Shown: positions 46,822-64,000 of the stretch, in pieces
How the letters are laid out: each line of letters begins with the position of its first letter
How positions within the stretch are numbered: the first letter of the stretch is position 1
NCBI GenBank assembly: GCA_963725665.1
Contig: CAVRZA010000002.1
Location: 32,001-96,000 of the forward strand
Direction: 5' to 3'
From: an uncultured Actinomycetes bacterium
GTDB lineage: Bacteria; Actinomycetota; Thermoleophilia; UBA2241
Length of the DNA stretch: 64,000 nucleotides
Made by a program: the position numbers and the translations under genes
The notes under the pieces: model-generated
What the model was told of the DNA's origin: nothing
Seen by the model: the letters and a program-made list of their open reading frames with translations, nothing else
Database searches by the model: none

Positions 46822-47409
46822 CTATTTGCTGCGCCTGCCGAAGTCGAGCGTGAAGAAGAAAGCTCCACCCATGAGTGCTCCGGAGTGCACTCCCACGCCG
46901 ACGTCACGGAACCTCGACGTCAGGATGATGGCCCGGTGCGGCGGACTGTGCATCCACGCGTTGACGATAGCCTGCGGGGTCCCGAGCAGGCCCTGACCCC
47001 AAGCGATGCACTCGCCCACCGTCCACGAGCTGCAGCCCGCTCTCTTGTAGCCGTAGTTGATCAGGCGAGCCGAGAAGGCCGTGCCGTTGCGGGAATTGTG
47101 GCTGAAATAGCGCCGGTGGACCATCTCTACGGAGTGGCCGCGAGCCGCCCTGACCAGGGCCACATTGGCGCGAACGGGGGCGAGGCCGCGAGATGTACGC
47201 GCCTTGTTCACGAGCCGGATGACCAGCTTCTCCTTGGCGGTCAGCGTGAACGTAGAGGTGGAGGTCGAGAGGGCGCGGTATTGGACTTCGGTACCCGTCG
47301 GCGTCTGGGCGGCGCCGATCTGGGCCAAGGCTGCCGACGGAAGTCCGGCAAAGGTCACCAGGAGGAGCGGCAGCAGCAGCGCGGGACTCCAGAAACGGCC
47401 TCTTCTCAC
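46822..47409 (-). CDS. secreted CAP/SCP domain protein
   Basis: Signal peptide; LVNKAR, AARGHS.EM....YFSH, GECIA, WMHSPPHRAIIL. Confidence 0.9.
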   Translation of the reverse strand: MRRGRFWSPALLLPLLLVTFAGLPSAALAQIGAAQTPTGTEVQYRALSTSTSTFTLTAKEKLVIRLVNKARTSRGLAPVRANVALVRAARGHSVEMVHRRYFSHNSRNGTAFSARLINYGYKRAGCSSWTVGECIAWGQGLLGTPQAIVNAWMHSPPHRAIILTSRFRDVGVGVHSGALMGGAFFFTLDFGRRSK

Positions 47410-47842
47410 GACACCCTCCCGGGCGGGCCGCGAAGAACCATGAATGAGGCCCGCTCAACTGATCTCTCTCATGGCTTTGTATCGGCGCTGCTCCCTCCGG
47501 AATGAGGTCGGGACCGCAGAAGGTCTCGTCTGGACAGACAACGTGCAGGCGTTTTGCGCGCGGTGAGTGCCGTTGACTGGATGGCATGATCGGCGAGCGT
47601 GGTCGTGCGCGTCGTCAGCGTCGCCTGGCGGCCAGGACATGCCGCCCTGGGGGCGATCAGCTCCGTCTGCTCGTGGCGAAGGTCTCTTGACGACTGGCAA
47701 CGGCGCGGTTCGGCTTCCCACTTGCAGGGCCGCGCTGCTTGCTGCTGGCGGCCTTCACGGACTTGGCGTCGTTGCGACTGCGGCGGCTGGCGCGTGTCGT
47801 CGGGGGTTGCCCCGGCCCCGGTCAACCTATACCCTACCGTCC

Positions 47843-48619
47843 ATGCAGAGCCTGACGAGTGAACGGCGGCGTGCTCGCCGCCGGAGGCAGATCAGGCGTC
47901 GGCGGGTGGCCGCTGTCTCGCTTGTCATCACCCTCGTCGTCCTCGCTATCGCGATCGCCTACGCTTGGCCCTCGCGGATCCCGGCCCGCGTTCCCAAGGT
48001 CGTCGCCGGCTCACCCTTCCTGACCGCCGAGGGTGTGAAGCATCGCATCGTGGTGGCCCGCGTCGAAGCCATCGACATGCTGCTGCCCGTTGCCCAACAG
48101 CAGACGACGGCGATCGCTTTCCACCCAGTTGACAACGGCAACACCGTGCCGTTCTCGCCGTTGGGGGAGCGAGTCGGCAGCCCGACGCTGGCGAGCAAGG
48201 TGGCCGACATCTTCACGGGCGGGGGCGGCCCGCGCTACTACCTGATGTCGGGCGACGGCAGCGACGGCTCGTCTGCGACCTCGGGTCTCGACATCGGTGC
48301 CGTGCCGGGTGTGTTCGTCTGTGCTCCCGTCGACGGACGCGTAACCGCGGTCAAGCCCTACGAGCTCCTGGGGCGCTACGCCGACTGTGAGGTTGACATC
48401 CAGCTCTCCGACGATCCCAGCTTGCTGCTCGTTGTCACGCACCTCAAGAAGCCCCGCGTGAAGATCGGCGACGACGTGCGCGCGGGGCAGACGGTGCTCG
48501 GCCGCCTGCGCGGCTTTCCCACGGTCGTGCAGCAGGACCTGCGGCAGTACACGGCCGACGCCGGCGACCACCTACAGCTCGTGATGCTGCGCATCACGCC
48601 CAACCTCGCCGGCTTCTAG
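47843..48619 (+). CDS. membrane-anchored M23-peptidase-like protein
   Basis: Arg-rich N-terminus + TM; GLDIGA..G..VCAPVDG.V, THL, GDHL. Confidence 0.7.
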   Translation: MQSLTSERRRARRRRQIRRRRVAAVSLVITLVVLAIAIAYAWPSRIPARVPKVVAGSPFLTAEGVKHRIVVARVEAIDMLLPVAQQQTTAIAFHPVDNGNTVPFSPLGERVGSPTLASKVADIFTGGGGPRYYLMSGDGSDGSSATSGLDIGAVPGVFVCAPVDGRVTAVKPYELLGRYADCEVDIQLSDDPSLLLVVTHLKKPRVKIGDDVRAGQTVLGRLRGFPTVVQQDLRQYTADAGDHLQLVMLRITPNLAGF

Positions 48620-48622
48620 ACA

Positions 48623-49441
48623 ATGGCCGTCGCGGTCCCCAAGGCGGGCTTCGCCGTCATCGGCGGCACGGGCTCGCGGGCCGCTTCGTTTCCCGCCGAT
48701 TCGCAGCGCGCTGTGCGCGTGGTTGAGGAGGCAGTGGTCGTCGACACGCCCTACGGCGAGAGCCCGCCGTTCACGCTCTTCGAGCTCGACGGACGGCGGG
48801 TCTTTCACGTGCCGCTGCACGGCTGGCGCCGAGGAGTGCCTCGCGGCGTCGCTTCGCGCCAGGTGTTCAGCGTGCTCCACCGCGCCGGTGTGCGACGCAT
48901 CCTCGGCGACGCCGGCGTTGGTAGTCTCAACCACCTGCTCGATCCCGGCGACCTGGTCGTGCCCGACGACTTCGTCGATATGACGTCGCAGCGCGCCGGC
49001 GAGGGCGTGGCAGGCGACCACCTGTTGATCATGCGCGAGCCCGTATGTCCCGAGGGGCGCGAGGCGCTGCGCGGCGCCGCGCAGCGCCTCGCGCCCGACC
49101 GCCGCCTCTTCGCGCGCGGCGTCTATGTGGTGACCGAGGGGCCGCGCTTCGAATCGTCCGCCGAGGTGCGCTTCCTACGCACCCTGGGTGACATCGTGGG
49201 GCAGAGCTTCTCTCCCGAGGTCTGGCTGGCGCGCGACATCGGAGCCTGCTACGCGGGCGTCTACGTCGTGGTGAACTACGCCGAGGGGGTCGTCGAGGAC
49301 TGGAGCCACGACGAGCTCGGGCGCATCTTCCACGACGACGCTCCCCTTATCGGCGAGATCCTGCTGGCCGCGCTGACCGCGCTTCCCGACGAGCCCGGTT
49401 GCTCCTGCCGCGCGCTCCGCAAGCCGACCCTCCTGAGCTAG
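48623..49441 (+). CDS. MTAP-family purine nucleoside phosphorylase
   Basis: IGGTG, DTPYG, GVGSL, PDDFVD, EGPRFES.AE, VVNYAEG. Confidence 0.88.
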   Translation: MAVAVPKAGFAVIGGTGSRAASFPADSQRAVRVVEEAVVVDTPYGESPPFTLFELDGRRVFHVPLHGWRRGVPRGVASRQVFSVLHRAGVRRILGDAGVGSLNHLLDPGDLVVPDDFVDMTSQRAGEGVAGDHLLIMREPVCPEGREALRGAAQRLAPDRRLFARGVYVVTEGPRFESSAEVRFLRTLGDIVGQSFSPEVWLARDIGACYAGVYVVVNYAEGVVEDWSHDELGRIFHDDAPLIGEILLAALTALPDEPGCSCRALRKPTLLS

Positions 49442-49482
49442 GGAGACCTCTGCTCAAAGAGCGGAGCCGGGACGCTGTCGCA

Positions 49483-50280
49483 CTAGACCATCGGCAGCCG
49501 GACCAGGGGGACGGCGCCGAACGCAGCCCAGGCCAGGACGCTGATGCCGTTGAAGGAAGCATGAACGGCGATGTTGGTCCACAGCGACCCGCTGCGATAG
49601 AAGACCCAGGCGAGGACAAGGCCCAGCGCGAAGAACGGCACGAAGACCGAAAGCTGCTGGTGCGCGAGGGCGAAGAGGCTCGCCGAGGCGAGCGCTCCGA
49701 ACACGGGCCCCCATGAGCGCGAGAAGCCCTGGAAGAGGAAGCCGCGGAAGAGCGTTTCCTCGAAGATCGGTGCGACGACGATCGCCGTGAGGGCAAAGAG
49801 TGCGATGCCGGAGCTTGTGTGCGGGAAGTCCTTGATGATGTTTTGCTCGGGCGGCGGGCCGAATAGTCTGCTGTACACCGACATCGAGATCACAAGGGCG
49901 ATGTACGAGAGCGCGAGGCCCACCGGCACGAGGAGCAGGGAACGGCGCTCGAGGCGCTGGAACCCCCAGCTCGTCGCCGAGAGCGCGAAGCGCCTCAGGG
50001 AGTGCCACCAGGCGACGCCGACGAACCAGCTGTCGACGATGACGGTCGAGACGAGCGCCGAGAGGGCGCCCGGCGACGTCGCGGTTCCGGCGCCCTGTGC
50101 CGAACCAGTGCCCAACAGTCCCAACGCCAGCACGAGAAGAAGGAGCCCGGCGACTGCGACGGCGAGGGCGAGGAGCGCCGCCGCCGCGTTCCACGGTACA
50201 TCTCCGGGTCGCGCCTCGTGGGAGAGGCCGAAGACCGGGCCGGTCGTCTCCAGGGAGATCACGTGCTCCTTTGCGTCCAC
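49483..50280 (-). CDS. CPBP/Abi (type II CAAX) intramembrane protease
   Basis: APIFEETLFRG, FALAH, HASFN. Confidence 0.9.
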   Translation of the reverse strand: MDAKEHVISLETTGPVFGLSHEARPGDVPWNAAAALLALAVAVAGLLLLVLALGLLGTGSAQGAGTATSPGALSALVSTVIVDSWFVGVAWWHSLRRFALSATSWGFQRLERRSLLLVPVGLALSYIALVISMSVYSRLFGPPPEQNIIKDFPHTSSGIALFALTAIVVAPIFEETLFRGFLFQGFSRSWGPVFGALASASLFALAHQQLSVFVPFFALGLVLAWVFYRSGSLWTNIAVHASFNGISVLAWAAFGAVPLVRLPMV

Positions 50281-50406
50281 AGGACCGCTTTGCTATACTG
50301 CGCCGCCCGGGAGGGTCGGCCCGCACGACTACGGCGGCGGGAGGTTCGTTGACCCTCCTACCGCCTCTTGCTATCCTAACTTGCTTCTCTAGAGAGGGGT
50401 GCAAAC

Positions 50407-50556
50407 GTGCGCCAGCTGGTCACGCTCGCTTGCCAGGAGTGCAAGCGGCGCAACTACCACACGAACAAGAACAAGAAGAACGATCCGGACCGCATCGAGC
50501 TCAAGAAGTACTGTCCTTGGTGCGGTCATCACACCGTCCACAAGGAAACGAGATAG
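50407..50556 (+). CDS. rpmG: 50S ribosomal protein L33 (Zn-binding form), absent from ORF track
   Basis: [49 protein letters not shown]. Confidence 0.96.
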   Translation: MRQLVTLACQECKRRNYHTNKNKKNDPDRIELKKYCPWCGHHTVHKETR

Positions 50557-50602
50557 GGGACACGCGGGGGAGGTAGCCCTCCTTCGGGCCCCAGACACTC
50601 GT

Positions 50603-50678
50603 AGGGCTGTAGCTCAATTGGTAGAGCACCGGTCTCCAAAACCGGGGGTCGGGGGTTCGAGTCCCTCCAGCCCTGCCA
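50603..50678 (+). tRNA. trnW: tRNA-Trp(CCA)
   Basis: AGGGCTG acceptor stem, CCGGT-CTCCAAA-ACCGG anticodon arm, GGTTCGAGTCC, 3' CCA. Confidence 0.97.
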
Positions 50679-50699
50679 GTCACGTGAGGGTCGAGAGTC

Positions 50700-51017
50700 G
50701 TGGCCAAGGCCGTTAGGAACAGCAAACAGAAGTCCGCCTCCAAGCAGGCCAAGCAGAGCGCGCGCAAGGCGGCGCGCACGGCGCGGCCACCTGAGCGCGC
50801 GCGTCAGCAGGCCAAGACGCCGGCGAAGGCCGAGCGCCGTGGGCTGCGCAAGTTCTTGCACGACGTACGCATCGAGCTGTCGAAGGTCACCTGGCCGACG
50901 CGCAAGGACCTCACGCAGTCGACGATCGTCGTGATCGTGGCTGTCGCCATCGCGGGCGTCTACATCGCCGCCCTCGACGGCGTCTTCTCGAACCTCATGA
51001 AGTACATCACGCCCTAG
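50700..51017 (+). CDS. secE: preprotein translocase SecE
   Basis: ELSKVTWPTRK + TM; between trnW and nusG. Confidence 0.95.
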   Translation: MAKAVRNSKQKSASKQAKQSARKAARTARPPERARQQAKTPAKAERRGLRKFLHDVRIELSKVTWPTRKDLTQSTIVVIVAVAIAGVYIAALDGVFSNLMKYITP

Positions 51018-51043
51018 AACGGGCAGAAGGAGTCCGCGCACAC

Positions 51044-51568
51044 GTGTTCCACTGGTATGTCGTCAACACGTACTCTGGCCATGAGAACAAGGTCAAGGCC
51101 AACCTTGAGCACCGCATCCACTCGATGAGCCAGGAGGACTCGATCCTCAAGGTCGTGGTGCCGACCGAGCAAGTGGTCGAGACCAAAGAGGGCCAGAAGG
51201 TGGCGACCGAGAAGCGCGTGTTCCCGGGATACGTGCTCGTGCAGATGGAGCTCACCGACGACTCCTGGTCGCTCGTGAAGAACACCCCCGGCGTCACAGG
51301 GTTCGTCGGCGCCCAGAACAAGCCCGTCGCGCTCTCGCGCACCGAGGTCGACCGCATCATGCACACGGCGTCGGTGGAGCGACCCAAGCAGAAGGCCGAG
51401 TTCTCGGTGGGCGAGATCGTGCGCGTGACCTCGGGACCGCTGTCAGATTTCTCTGGCGAGGTCGTCGAGGTCAACGCCGACCAGAACCGTCTCAAGGTCA
51501 TGGTCTCGATCTTCGGGCGCGAGACCCCCGTGGAGCTCGGGTTCGACCAGGTAAAGAAGACCACGTAA
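51044..51568 (+). CDS. nusG: transcription factor NusG
   Basis: [32 protein letters not shown]. Confidence 0.97.
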   Translation: MFHWYVVNTYSGHENKVKANLEHRIHSMSQEDSILKVVVPTEQVVETKEGQKVATEKRVFPGYVLVQMELTDDSWSLVKNTPGVTGFVGAQNKPVALSRTEVDRIMHTASVERPKQKAEFSVGEIVRVTSGPLSDFSGEVVEVNADQNRLKVMVSIFGRETPVELGFDQVKKTT

Positions 51569-51593
51569 CCCCCAGGGAGCGAAGCGAGGCAAG

Positions 51594-52019
51594 ATGGCCA
51601 AGAAGGTCATGACGGTGATCAAGCTGCAGATACCCGCCGGAGCCGCGAACCCGGCGCCGCCGGTGGGTCCCGCGCTGGGCCAGCACGGCGTGAACATCAT
51701 GGAGTTCTGCAAGGCCTTCAACGCCCAGACGCAGGCGCAGAGCGGCACCATCATCCCGGTCGAGATCACGGTCTTCGAGGACCGTTCCTTCACCTTCATC
51801 ACCAAGACCCCTCCGGCCGCGGTGCTGCTCCGTGAGGCGGCCGGGGTCGACAAGGGTTCGGGCGAGCCGAACCGGAGCAAGGTGGCGAGCATCTCGCGCG
51901 ACAAGGTGCGCGAGATCGCCGAGCTCAAGCTGCCCGACCTGAACGCGAACGATGTCGATGCCGCGATGAGGATCATCGAGGGTACGGCGCGGAGCATGGG
52001 CATAGAGATCCAGCAGTAG
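51594..52019 (+). CDS. rplK: 50S ribosomal protein L11
   Basis: [26 protein letters not shown]. Confidence 0.98.
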   Translation: MAKKVMTVIKLQIPAGAANPAPPVGPALGQHGVNIMEFCKAFNAQTQAQSGTIIPVEITVFEDRSFTFITKTPPAAVLLREAAGVDKGSGEPNRSKVASISRDKVREIAELKLPDLNANDVDAAMRIIEGTARSMGIEIQQ

Positions 52020-52089
52020 TCGATCGAGGGCGGGCGGGTGCCGACACCCTCTCGCCGCACCGCGGGCTCCGCGTGGGGCCGGCGACGAA

Positions 52090-52129
52090 GTGGGAGGCGG
52101 TCGCCCTGAGCGACCGCCGCTCGGACCAC
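52090..52129 (+). promoter_or_regulatory. L1-binding mRNA element upstream of rplA
   Basis: GTGGGAGG-hairpin-CCGCTCGGACCAC just before SD AGGAGG. Confidence 0.6.
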
Positions 52130-52143
52130 AGGAGGTATGCGAC

Positions 52144-52857
52144 ATGGCCAAGCACGGCCGCAAGTACGAGACCGCCCGCGGTGTGATCGAGCCAGGCCGG
52201 CTCTACGCCCCCCTCGAGGCCATACGGCTTCTCAAGATGCTTGACACGGCGAAGTTCGACGAGACCGTCGAGGTGCACTTCAGGCTGGGCGTCGATGTGC
52301 GCCACGCCGACCAGATCGTGCGCGGCACGACCATCCTGCCGCACGGCATCGGCAAGGCCGTTCGGGTCGCCGTCTTCGCTGAAGGCGACAAGGCGCGCGA
52401 GGCGCAGGATGCGGGCGCCGACATCATCGGCTCTGCCGACCTGGCCAAGCAGGTCGAGGAGGGCATGCTCGACTTCGACGTGGCGATCGCCACGCCAGAC
52501 ATGATGGGCACCGTCGGCAAGCTCGGGCGCATCCTCGGTCCGCGGGGCCTGATGCCCAACCCCAAGTCCGGCACGGTCACCTTCGACGTGGGCAAGGCCG
52601 TGAGCGACGCCAAGGCGGGCAAGGTCGAGTACCGTACCGACCGCAGTGGCATCGTGCACCTCGTCATCGGCAAGAAATCGTTCGGCGAGCGCGAGCTGGT
52701 CGAGAACTACGGCATGCTGCTCGACGAGATCATCCGCGCCAAGCCGGCGGCGGCGAAGGGCCGCTATATGAGGAGCGTGACCTTCGCCTCGACTATGGGC
52801 CCGGGCATCGAGGTCGATCCCGCGCGCACGCGCGACCTGCTCGAGGAGCGCGTCTAG
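52144..52857 (+). CDS. rplA: 50S ribosomal protein L1
   Basis: [29 protein letters not shown]. Confidence 0.98.
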   Translation: MAKHGRKYETARGVIEPGRLYAPLEAIRLLKMLDTAKFDETVEVHFRLGVDVRHADQIVRGTTILPHGIGKAVRVAVFAEGDKAREAQDAGADIIGSADLAKQVEEGMLDFDVAIATPDMMGTVGKLGRILGPRGLMPNPKSGTVTFDVGKAVSDAKAGKVEYRTDRSGIVHLVIGKKSFGERELVENYGMLLDEIIRAKPAAAKGRYMRSVTFASTMGPGIEVDPARTRDLLEERV

Positions 52858-52871
52858 CTACGGCACTTCTG

Positions 52872-52908
52872 TGTGGGCGGGGCGTGCCGTTGGCACGCCC
52901 CGCCCACA
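52872..52908 (+). terminator. 17-bp perfect hairpin after rplA
   Basis: TGTGGGCGGGGCGTGCC-GTT-GGCACGCCCCGCCCACA. Confidence 0.7.
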
Positions 52909-52944
52909 TGGTCTATACTGCACGTCCGCGACGCTGCTTGATGC

Positions 52945-53090
52945 GTCGCTGCCGGAGACGGCCGGTGCTCCCGAGAGGGGAGCCGAAGGGGTCCTCGTAG
53001 GGCCCGCCCGCCCGAGGCGACGAGCGCGACACCGGCCCGCACGCAGCCGACCGAGTCGACCCGCTCCCGCCCGGGGGTGGGTTTTTTCAT
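52945..53090 (+). ncRNA. L10 ribosomal protein leader with terminator/attenuator
   Basis: CCGGAGACGGCCGGT...CCCGCCCGAGG core, hairpin + TTTTTT before rplJ; -10 TATACT at 52914. Confidence 0.7.
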
Positions 53091-53107
53091 GCGACAGTGA
53101 GGTCGGG

Positions 53108-53638
53108 ATGCTACGCAGAGAGAAGGAAGCCATCATCGAGGAGACGGCGCGTCTCCTGAGCGACAGCGAGGCCCTCTACGTGAGCGACTACCGTGGCCTC
53201 ACGGTCGCCCAGTTGACGCAACTGCGTGCCGCGTTGCGCGAGCGCGGGGCGGCGCTGCACGTGCTCAAGAACACGCTCACCTCTATCGCCGCCGAGCGGG
53301 CGGGCCGCGAGAACATCAAGGAGCTACTCAGCGGCCCCACGGCCGTGGCCTTCTGTGGCGAGGACCTACTGGGTCCGGCCAAGGCGCTCAGCGACTACGC
53401 GCGCGCCAATCAGGCCCTCGTGCTGCGTGGCGGTGTGCTGCAGGGAAGCGTCCTCGACGCCGACGGTGTGCGCAGGCTGGCGTCGCTGCCGCCGCGCGAG
53501 GTCCTCGTGGGACAGGTGGTGGGCACCATGGCAGCGCCGCTCACGGGCCTCGTGACAGTGCTCCAAGGCACGATCTCGGGCTTCGTGCGCGCGCTGAACC
53601 AGGTCGCCGAGCAGCGGGCAGCTGCGGGCGAGGCCTAG
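53108..53638 (+). CDS. rplJ: 50S ribosomal protein L10
   Basis: [33 protein letters not shown]. Confidence 0.96.
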   Translation: MLRREKEAIIEETARLLSDSEALYVSDYRGLTVAQLTQLRAALRERGAALHVLKNTLTSIAAERAGRENIKELLSGPTAVAFCGEDLLGPAKALSDYARANQALVLRGGVLQGSVLDADGVRRLASLPPREVLVGQVVGTMAAPLTGLVTVLQGTISGFVRALNQVAEQRAAAGEA

Positions 53639-53753
53639 TGAGAGCCGGGCGCCCGCGGCCGCCTCGACGAGGCGACACGGGCACCGAGACAGACGATCGA
53701 CCGACCAAGACAGCGGGACGAAGCGTTCAAGCCGAAGGGCAAGGTGGACAAGC

Positions 53754-54149
53754 ATGGCAAGCAAGACACTCAGCAAGGACGATCTCATCGAGGCCATCAA
53801 GGGCATGACCGTCCTCGAGCTCTCCGAGCTCGTCAAGGCGCTCGAAGAGGAGTTCGGCGTCAGCGCCGCGGCCCCTATGGCCGTGGCCGCGGCGCCTGCC
53901 GCGGGAGGCGCTCCCGAAGCGGCGGCCGAGGAAGAGAAGACGAGCTTTGACGTGATCCTCAGTGGGGCCGGCGACAAGAAGATCCAGGTGATCAAGGTCG
54001 TGCGTTCGCTGACCGGGCTCGGGCTCAAGGAGGCCAAGGCGCTCGTCGACGAGGCCCCCAAGCCCGTCAAGGAAGGCGTCAACAAGGACGAGGCCGAGGA
54101 CGCCATAAAGCAGCTCGAGGAGGCCGGCGCGGCCGTCGAGCTCAAGTAA
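53754..54149 (+). CDS. rplL: 50S ribosomal protein L7/L12
   Basis: [41 protein letters not shown]. Confidence 0.98.
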   Translation: MASKTLSKDDLIEAIKGMTVLELSELVKALEEEFGVSAAAPMAVAAAPAAGGAPEAAAEEEKTSFDVILSGAGDKKIQVIKVVRSLTGLGLKEAKALVDEAPKPVKEGVNKDEAEDAIKQLEEAGAAVELK

Positions 54150-54459
54150 CGCGCCGTTGGGCTAGAGGCGGCAGCGCGCCCACACAGCCTGCGTCCGGCG
54201 AGGCGCGCTCGTGGGCGCGGCGGGCGCTCCCCGGCCCCCTGGGGCTGCGGAGCGCCCGCCGCGGCTGGTTTCACCGCCTCGCCGGCGGGGTATGAGCGTC
54301 AGGCACGGGCGAGAGGCCGGTCCTCTTGGCGTCCCGGAGCTCTTGTGATTAGCACCCGGCTCTGCTACTGTAACGGATTGTGCCGTCGCCCGTCTTCGCC
54401 GATATTCCTACCGGTCCACGCACCCACCCCTGTCTCACGCTACCTAGAGGAGCAGTCGC

Positions 54460-58179
<3,720 letters not shown>

Positions 58180-58207
58180 CGCCGTCGCGTACGGTAAGGG
58201 GGATTCG

Positions 58208-62422
<4,215 letters not shown>

Positions 62423-62620
62423 CGCCGCAGGACGCCTCGTCGAGGCCTCACAGGGCCCGCCCAGAAACGGGCGGCCGGGTTGACTCGGGCACCCGACGGG
62501 CACGAACGACGAGGCGAGCGGGAGCGGCCGCAAGGCTACATGGGTCGCCTTGCGGCCGCTCCCGCCCCTTGCTAGACTACCGCACTGCTGTCTCTACAGG
62601 CTGAACCTTAAAGAGGGTAG

Positions 62621-62995
62621 ATGACTACGATCAACCAGCTGGTGCGCAAGGGACGCGCGAGCGTCGCCAAGCGCAACACCACCCCGGCGCTGAAGGGCGC
62701 GCCTCAGAAGCGCGGCGTCTGCACGCGCGTCTACACGACAACGCCCAAGAAGCCCAACTCCGCCCTCCGCAAGGTGGCCCGCGTGCGGCTCACGAACGGG
62801 ACCGAGGTCACGACCTACATCCCGGGCATCGGCCACAACCTGCAGGAGCACTCCGTGGTGCTCATCCGCGGCGGTCGTGTCAGGGACCTGCCGGGCGTGC
62901 GGTACAAGGTCATCCGCGGCTCGCTCGACGCCTCCGGCGTCGGCGATCGCAAGAAGGCACGCTCGCGCTACGGCGCCAAGTCCTCGAGGAGCTGA
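62621..62995 (+). CDS. rpsL: 30S ribosomal protein S12
   Basis: [28 protein letters not shown]. Confidence 0.99.
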   Translation: MTTINQLVRKGRASVAKRNTTPALKGAPQKRGVCTRVYTTTPKKPNSALRKVARVRLTNGTEVTTYIPGIGHNLQEHSVVLIRGGRVRDLPGVRYKVIRGSLDASGVGDRKKARSRYGAKSSRS

Positions 62996-62997
62996 CG

Positions 62998-63468
62998 ATG
63001 CCGCGGCGCGGAACGGTCACGAGGCGCGAGATCATGCCCGACCCGGTTTTCGGGAGCCGCTTGGTCACCCAGGTGATCAACAAGGTGCTCCTCGACGGCA
63101 AGAAGTCGGTCGCTGAGGGCATCGTGTACGACGCCCTGGAGCGGGTGCGGCAGAAGACGGGCCGCGATCCCGTGGAGGTGCTGCAGGAGGCCATCCAGGC
63201 CGTCACGCCGCACCTCGAGGTGCGCAGCCGTCGCGTCGGCGGCGCCACCTACCAGGTGCCGGTCGAGGTACCTGGGCGTCGCGCGCGCACGCTGGCCATC
63301 CGCTGGCTGGTGGGATACTCCCGCGACCGGCGCGAGAAGGTCATGTCCGAGCGGCTCGCGGCGGAGATACTCGATGCCCTGGCCGGCCAGGGCGGCGCTT
63401 TCAAGAAGAAGGACGACCTCTTCAGGATGGCGCAGGCGAACAAGGCGTTCGCGCACTACCGCTGGTAG
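62998..63468 (+). CDS. rpsG: 30S ribosomal protein S7
   Basis: [30 protein letters not shown]. Confidence 0.99.
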   Translation: MPRRGTVTRREIMPDPVFGSRLVTQVINKVLLDGKKSVAEGIVYDALERVRQKTGRDPVEVLQEAIQAVTPHLEVRSRRVGGATYQVPVEVPGRRARTLAIRWLVGYSRDRREKVMSERLAAEILDALAGQGGAFKKKDDLFRMAQANKAFAHYRW

Positions 63469-63553
63469 CCGTCGCCGCGCCCTCGTCAGGTGCGTCTCCA
63501 AGGGGGATGCATATCCGAGGGCTCCGCGAGCGGCGAAGCGACCGAAGAGAAGC

Positions 63554-64000
63554 ATGAGACAGTACTCGCTCGAACAGACGCGCAATATCGGCATCATGGC
63601 GCATATCGACGCCGGCAAGACCACGACCACCGAGCGCATCCTGTACTACACGGGCAAGACGCACAAGATGGGCGAGGTCCACGAAGGCGCTGCGGTGATG
63701 GACTGGATGGCCCAAGAGCAGGAACGGGGCATCACCATCACCTCGGCGGCCACTACCTGCCACTGGCGTGACACACGCATCAACATTATAGACACGCCCG
63801 GACACGTGGACTTCACTGTCGAGGTCGAGCGCAGCCTGCGTGTGCTCGACGGCGCGATCGCCCTCTTCTGTTCGGTCGGCGGCGTCGAACCGCAGTCCGA
63901 GACTGTATGGCGCCAGGCCGACAAGTATCGCATCCCGCGCATCGCCTACATCAACAAGATGGACCGCATCGGCGCCGACTTCTTCCGTGGCATCGAGATG
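63554..64000 (+). CDS. fusA: elongation factor G (5' part, runs off window)
   Basis: [38 protein letters not shown]. Confidence 0.98.
   Translation, partial: MRQYSLEQTRNIGIMAHIDAGKTTTTERILYYTGKTHKMGEVHEGAAVMDWMAQEQERGITITSAATTCHWRDTRINIIDTPGHVDFTVEVERSLRVLDGAIALFCSVGGVEPQSETVWRQADKYRIPRIAYINKMDRIGADFFRGIEM

Noticed and set aside
49483-50280. CPBP protease as maturase of the 33.7 kb peptide
   Set aside because: About 16 kb away among unrelated housekeeping genes; no linking evidence
50603-50678. tRNA-Trp as an integration site
   Set aside because: Canonical rpmG-trnW-secE order; no integrase or duplicated 3' end

Overview
High-GC actinobacterial chromosome segment. RpoB/RpoC sequence features suggest a Thermoleophilia-like lineage (inference), probably anaerobic or facultative. 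Left to right: (1) a futalosine-route menaquinone gene set (ubiD/mqnL, ubiA/mqnP, ubiX, menG, polyprenyl synthase, mqnE, mqnA, mqnC). It is split by a ~15 kb electron-transfer island with 8 multiheme c-type cytochrome genes (~95 heme-binding motifs by my count, including a 23-heme secreted protein), two CbcBA-like c7+b modules from a tandem duplication, a Cbc4/NrfCD-like module without a catalytic subunit, two tiny membrane proteins and Rex-like operators. (2) A PuuB-like oxidoreductase and an HdrA-FlxDCBA operon lacking hdrBC. (3) A compact, apparently undescribed signalling-like locus: MFS exporter <- | -> two unannotated micro-ORFs that both end in RLH (9 aa and 25 aa) -> membrane HD-GYP phosphodiesterase -> <- bioY <- birA <- MalT-like TPR/LuxR regulator, with recurring TGTCAA/TTGACA BirA-type sites. 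(4) Housekeeping and envelope genes (VanW, LOG, 2 GNAT, frameshifted DUF1998 helicase, CAP, M23, MTAP, CPBP). (5) The conserved rpmG-tRNA-Trp-secE-nusG-rplKAJL-rpoBC-rpsLG-fusA cluster, with a natural S12 K88R. All assignments come from reading motifs by eye; no database searches were run.
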